Shown here: piece after piece, positions 60,401-64,000 of the stretch
Layout of the letters: each line of letters begins with the position of its first letter
Position numbering within the stretch: position 1 is the stretch's first letter
Source of the DNA: Macrostomum lignano
Taxonomy: Eukaryota
Direction: 5' to 3'
Assembly: GCA_002269645.1 (NCBI GenBank)
Contig: NIVC01003057.1
Coordinates: 1 to 64,000 of the forward strand
DNA: 64,000 bases
The notes under the pieces: model-generated
Told to the model about the DNA's origin: nothing
Databases searched by the model: none
Seen by the model: only the letters and a program-made list of their open reading frames with translations
Made by a program: the position numbers and the translations under genes

Positions 60401-63400
60401 GCTGCCGGCGGCGACGTCGTCATAGCAACCGCGGCGGCGGCCTTGGCGTCGGCGGCGGCAGCCGTCAGCAGCGGCACCGGAGGCTCGGCAGGTGGCGGCG
60501 GCGGCGGGGTCGACGGTCAGCTGGAGGGCGGAGTCGTTAGCGGCGGCGGCATCGGCGGCTTCCGCTGCTGGCTGACCTCGGAGCCGCTTCAAGCTTCTGC
60601 GGCCGCCGGCTTTCCCGCCGCTCTGATTGGCGGCTCGCTGAAGTTCACCGCCGACCAGCCGGCCAGCGTCAGGGCCGGGCTGGCGCGCACCTTCGCCCAG
60701 ATCGGCGCCGAGCAACTGGAGTCCAACGGGACGCCGCAGTGGCGCCCGATGCTGTTCTGCGCGGCATTTCTCCACGCCGCCGTCAACGCCCGCCTGCGCT
60801 TCGGCGCCGTCGGCTGGTCAGCGGAGCCTCGACTGTCGCCGACGGATCTCGGCGCCGCGCTGCAGGCCCTGCAGAATCACCTGGATGAGGTCGATGCTCG
60901 CCGTGGCGTCGCTTGGCCAGCGGTCCGACACATGATCGGCGAGGTCGCTTTCGGTGGACGATTCCTCGACGACTGGGACCGCCGCCTGCTGAGCGTGTAC
61001 TGCCGCCTGTGGCTGACGGAGTCCCTGCTGACCGACAGCTTCCAGTTCGCTCGCGGCTACCGGCTGCCGCGGTGTCGCAACGTCGACGAGTTTCGAGCCT
61101 TCGTTGAAGCGCTTCCTGCGATTGACACACCGGAGACCTTCGGACTGCACGCCAATGCGGATGTTGGGTGAGCGGCTGCGTGTGCGCCCACTGACCCTCC
61201 CCTGACCTTCCACTGACCCTCCCCAGACCTTCCACTGACCCTCCCCTGACCTTCCACTGACCCTCCACTGACCTTCCACTGACCCTCCACTGACCTTCCA
61301 CTGACCCTTCCCCAGACCTTCCACTGACCCTCCCCTGACCTTCCACTGACCCTCCACTGACCTTCCACTGACCCTTCCCCAGACCTTGCACTGACCCTCC
61401 CCAGACCTTGCACTGAACCTCCCCTGACCTTCCACTGACCCTCCCCTGACCTTCCACTGACCCTCCCCTGACCTTTCACTGACCCTTCCCTGACCTTTCA
61501 CTGACCCTTCCCCAGACCTTCTACTGACCCTCTCCTGATCTTCCTCTGACCCTTTCCCTGAATTTCCACTGACCCTCCCCTGACTTCCCACTGAACCATT
61601 CACTGAGCCACCTACCCATCTAGATGCAGAATCTGCCCTTGTACATCCTTGATGATGCGTTAGTCATGCCCTCTGTACACCCTATGTGAGCGTGTGCTTG
61701 CGTACGTAACTGTGTTTCGCTAGCCCCATGCAAGCTCACTAGAAACTTCCACAAACCCTTCCATCCTTCCAGCTGCCAGAGGGTCAGAGCGAATGCCATA
61801 TTAGAGTCGGTTTGCCTGATGCAGCACTATCCGCCAAGCCAGCGACTGTCGGGGCTGGCTGACAGGCGCTCCATCGCGGATATCAGCGAGGATGCGCTGG
61901 GAAAACTGCCGGACGAGTTCGGACCCACAGAGGTAATCCGACACACTTTAACACTGCCGCAAATCCAGGCCACAGAGGCCTTCCATTCCATCAAAGTATC
62001 ACCGATCCCATCAAAGTATCACCGATCCCATCAAAGTATCATCGATCCCATCAAAGTGTCATCGATCCCATCAAAGTATCACCGATCCCATCAAAGTATC
62101 ACCGATCCCATCAAAGTATCACCGATCCCAACAAAGTATCACCGATCCCAACAAAGTATCACCAATCCCAACAAAGTATCACCGATCCCATCAAAGTATC
62201 ACCGATCCCATCAAAGTATCACCGATCCCAACAAAGTATCACCGATCCCATCAAAGTATCACCGATCCCATCAAAGTATCACTGATCCCAACAAAGTATC
62301 ACCGATCCCATCAAAGTATCACCGATCCCATCAAGCACCGACTATCCCAGCTGACGTCACTCCTCCAACATCCACATCCGCATTCCACATCCCAGATTCG
62401 CGACCGTCTCCGCAAGCTGGATCATCAGCAGCGCCCGCTGAACGTCTTCCTGCGCACCGAGCTCAACCGAATGCACCGTCTGCTAACCGCAGCCCGCGCC
62501 GATCTGGCCGCCTTGGCCGCCTCATCCGAGGACGTCATCGAAGCAGCCAAATTGGTGGACCTGCCGGACACTCTTCTGGACGTGCTGGAGGCCCTTCGCG
62601 AGCTCCGGGTGCCGACTCGATGGCTGCGACTCGCCTGGGAGGAGGAGTCGCCGTCGGAATCCGTTGAGTCGCCAGGTGGCCTCGCTGTCTGGCTGACGGA
62701 CCTTCGCGAGCGTCACGCTCAGCTTCGCTCATGGCTGGTTGAGGGCCGGCCGCCTGCGGCGCACTGGCTGGCGGGCTACTTCAGGCCTGCGGCGTTTCTT
62801 GTCGCCCTTCGACAGGAGGCCGTCAGGGCGAGGCGCGGATGGTCGCTGGAGACGGTGCATCTCGTCAGCGATGTCACCCGGCTGTCTAAGTGAGTGCAGG
62901 AATTCTAAGACGGGTAATTCTAAGACGGGGAGTTCTAAGACGGGGAATTCTAAGACGGGGAATTCTAAGACGGGGAATTCTACGACGGGGAGTTCTAAGA
63001 CAAGGAATTATAAGACGGGAGTTCTAAGACGGGGAATTCTAAGACGGGGAATTCTAAGACGGGGAATTCTAAGACGGGGAATTCTAAGACGGGGAGTTCT
63101 AAGATGGGGAAGTCTAAGACGGGTAATTCGAAGACGGGGAATTCTAAGACGGGGAATTCTAAGATGGGGAATTCTAAGACGGGGAATTCTAAGACAGGGA
63201 TTCTAAGACGGGGAATTCTAAGATGGGGAATTCTAAGACGGGGAATTCTAAGACGGGGATTCTAAGACGGGTAATTCTAAGACGAACCCCTGTCCCCGAC
63301 AGAGAGGAGGCCCACGCTGCACCACCAGACGGCGCCTTCGTCCACGGTCTTGTCCTGGACGGCGCAGGCTGGGATCGCAGGAACAGCCGACTCACGGAGG

Positions 63401-63657
63401 CCGCCCCCAAGGCCGGGCCGGTGCAGCTGCCCCTGGTGCACCTGTTCGCCGTGTGCAGCAGCGGCGGCGGTGGAGCGGGCGGAGCTGGCGGAGGTTCGGG
63501 CGCGGGTTCAACGGGACTGTACGAGTGCCCGGTGTACACCCGCTCTGAGCGGGGTCAGAAGCGTCAGCTGTGCTGCCTGCAGCTGCGCAGTCAGCGCGAT
63601 CCGGAGCACTGGACGCTCAGAGGGGTTGCGGCTGTGCTCGGCGACGCTGCGAAATGA
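33411..63657 (+). CDS. DNAH5: Axonemal outer-arm dynein heavy chain, DNAH5/DNAH8 (gamma) class, full length, about 33 exons, with divergent motor ring
   Basis: Domains in order: tail (EANDNVKYL-type [23 protein letters not shown]); linker ([49 protein letters not shown]); AAA1 GPTGAGKT (46770-46793) and GCLDEFNR; AAA2 GESGSGKT and [20 protein letters not shown]; AAA3 GPGVGKT and [18 protein letters not shown]; AAA4; stalk/MTBD ([17 protein letters not shown]); AAA5; AAA6; C-terminus HWTLRGVA. Four 1-bp homopolymer deletions at about 36228, 38653, 38729 and 59780. I cannot separate DNAH5 from DNAH8 orthology by eye. Confidence 0.93.
33495..33680. repeat. 21-bp minisatellite, dynein intron
   Basis: Unit CACTAGTATCGGAGTGACTAT. 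Confidence 0.9.
34068..35690. repeat. 14-bp minisatellite, dynein intron
   Basis: Units GGGACTGTGATTCA and TGGACTGTGATTCA, more than 110 copies. Confidence 0.97.
44727..46090. repeat. 33-bp minisatellite filling a dynein intron
   Basis: Unit GAGGCAGATTCTCAGGCACTGAGGGAGAGCGGA, about 41 copies. Confidence 0.97.
47185..47942. repeat. 24-bp minisatellite, dynein AAA1 intron
   Basis: Unit TGAGCAACATGATTTGTYGTTTAT. Degenerate copies at about 46985-47185 and 48610-48800. Confidence 0.97.
49255..49550 (-). mobile_element. tRNA-derived CORE-type SINE in a dynein intron
   Basis: The minus strand begins GGCGGCTGCAGCTTAGTGGTTAGAGCGTTGGACTC (tRNA head, A box). It continues TGTGTCCTTGAGCAGGACACCTAACTCTGCATTGCTTCAGTTCAACCAGCTGTAAAATGGGTGCC, which resembles the CORE domain of MIR-like SINEs. 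The B box appears deleted and no target-site duplication (TSD) is seen. Confidence 0.7.
50992..51182. repeat. 30-bp minisatellite, dynein AAA2 intron
   Basis: Unit GATGCCCTCCGATCCCTCCATTCCATGCGT, about 6 copies. Confidence 0.9.
55300..55440 (-). mobile_element. Tc1/mariner transposase remnant
   Basis: Translation [15 protein letters not shown]...[13 protein letters not shown] matches the Tc1 DDE-domain motifs QDNAxxH and WPxxSPDLNPIE. Short and truncated; intronic. Confidence 0.7.
57128..57620. repeat. 22-bp minisatellite, dynein intron
   Basis: Unit GGAATCGAGGGGCGCCTAATTA, about 22 copies. Confidence 0.95.
58060..58368. repeat. 12-bp pyrimidine-rich repeat, dynein intron
   Basis: Units CTGACCCTCTCA and CTGACCCTCCCA. 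Confidence 0.95.
61188..61605. repeat. About 22-bp pyrimidine-rich repeat, dynein intron
   Basis: Unit CACTGACCCTCCCCTGACCTTC with variants. Confidence 0.9.
61985..62335. repeat. 20-bp minisatellite, dynein intron
   Basis: Unit ATCACCGATCCCAWCAAAGT. Confidence 0.95.
62899..63283. repeat. 15-bp minisatellite filling the last dynein intron
   Basis: Unit GGGGAATTCTAAGAC, about 25 copies. Confidence 0.95.
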
Positions 63658-63771
63658 ACGCCAGAAAATTACGAGCGTAAAATTAAAACAAAATAAAAAC
63701 TTTTACTTTGCATTCCTAAGACTCAAACTCGTTTTTTTAACAAATCAGATTCTAGTCTAGAGAAATGAGAT

Positions 63772-64000
63772 ATTCTTAGAAAACTGATATTCTGTTTTAA
63801 TTTGTTAAAATAATGTAATTAACCATTTTCAAACAAAAAATTTAACATTCTTAGAAAACTGATATTCTGTTTTAATTTGTTAAAATAATGTAATTAACCA
63901 TTTTCAAACAAAAAATTTAACATTCTTAGAAAACTGATATTCTGTTTTAATTTGTTAAAATAATGTAATCAACCATTTTCAAACAAAAAATTTAACATTC
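63772..64000. repeat. 75-bp AT-rich tandem repeat, truncated by the window edge
   Basis: Identical units start at 63772, 63847, 63922 and 63997. Confidence 0.95.

Noticed and set aside
58300-61200. Numerous overlapping antisense and alternative-frame ORFs of 100-260 aa
   Set aside because: Expected from stop-codon scarcity in GC-rich dynein exons; no independent motifs.
33411-63657. Calling the dynein (or TRPA1-like gene) a pseudogene, or invoking programmed frameshifting
   Set aside because: Every break is a 1-bp loss in a homopolymer, there are no in-frame stops or slippery heptamers, and splice sites are intact. Sequencing error is the simpler explanation.
1-64000. CRISPR arrays
   Set aside because: All repeats are head-to-tail with no unique spacers, there are no cas genes, and the context is eukaryotic.

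Overview
This is eukaryotic (metazoan) intron-rich genomic DNA. The gene content and the heavy load of 10-75 bp tandem repeats resemble the flatworm Macrostomum lignano; the species is my inference and is not verified. Four genes are present. (1) The 5' part of a TRPA1-like ankyrin-repeat channel gene on the minus strand, running off the left edge. (2) A complete UBE3A/E6AP HECT ligase on the minus strand (8 coding exons, 911 aa). (3) A CCDC175-like coiled-coil gene on the plus strand, head-to-head with UBE3A. (4) A full-length DNAH5/DNAH8-class axonemal dynein heavy chain on the plus strand (33.4-63.7 kb). About 21 kb (roughly one third of the window) is about 31 distinct mini/microsatellite arrays, nearly all intronic and often touching splice sites. 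Mobile-element remnants are a 704-bp TIR element, a CORE-type SINE, a Tc1 transposase fragment and a tandem array that looks like Helitron 3' ends. The most interesting signal is the dynein. Its tail, early linker, AAA3 and microtubule-binding domain are strongly conserved, but the rest of the AAA ring is degenerate: AAA1 sensor-I Asn is Ser, the AAA2 segment with the Arg finger for AAA1 is absent, the AAA4 Walker A Lys is Arg, the AAA5 Arg finger is lost, and there are large polyQ and Ala/Gly insertions. It is a candidate non-motile or altered 'pseudo-motor' dynein. Seven apparent frameshifts (3 in TRPA1-like, 4 in dynein) are all single-base deletions in homopolymer runs and are most likely long-read consensus errors. 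Comparisons with human proteins are from recalled sequences and need confirming by alignment.
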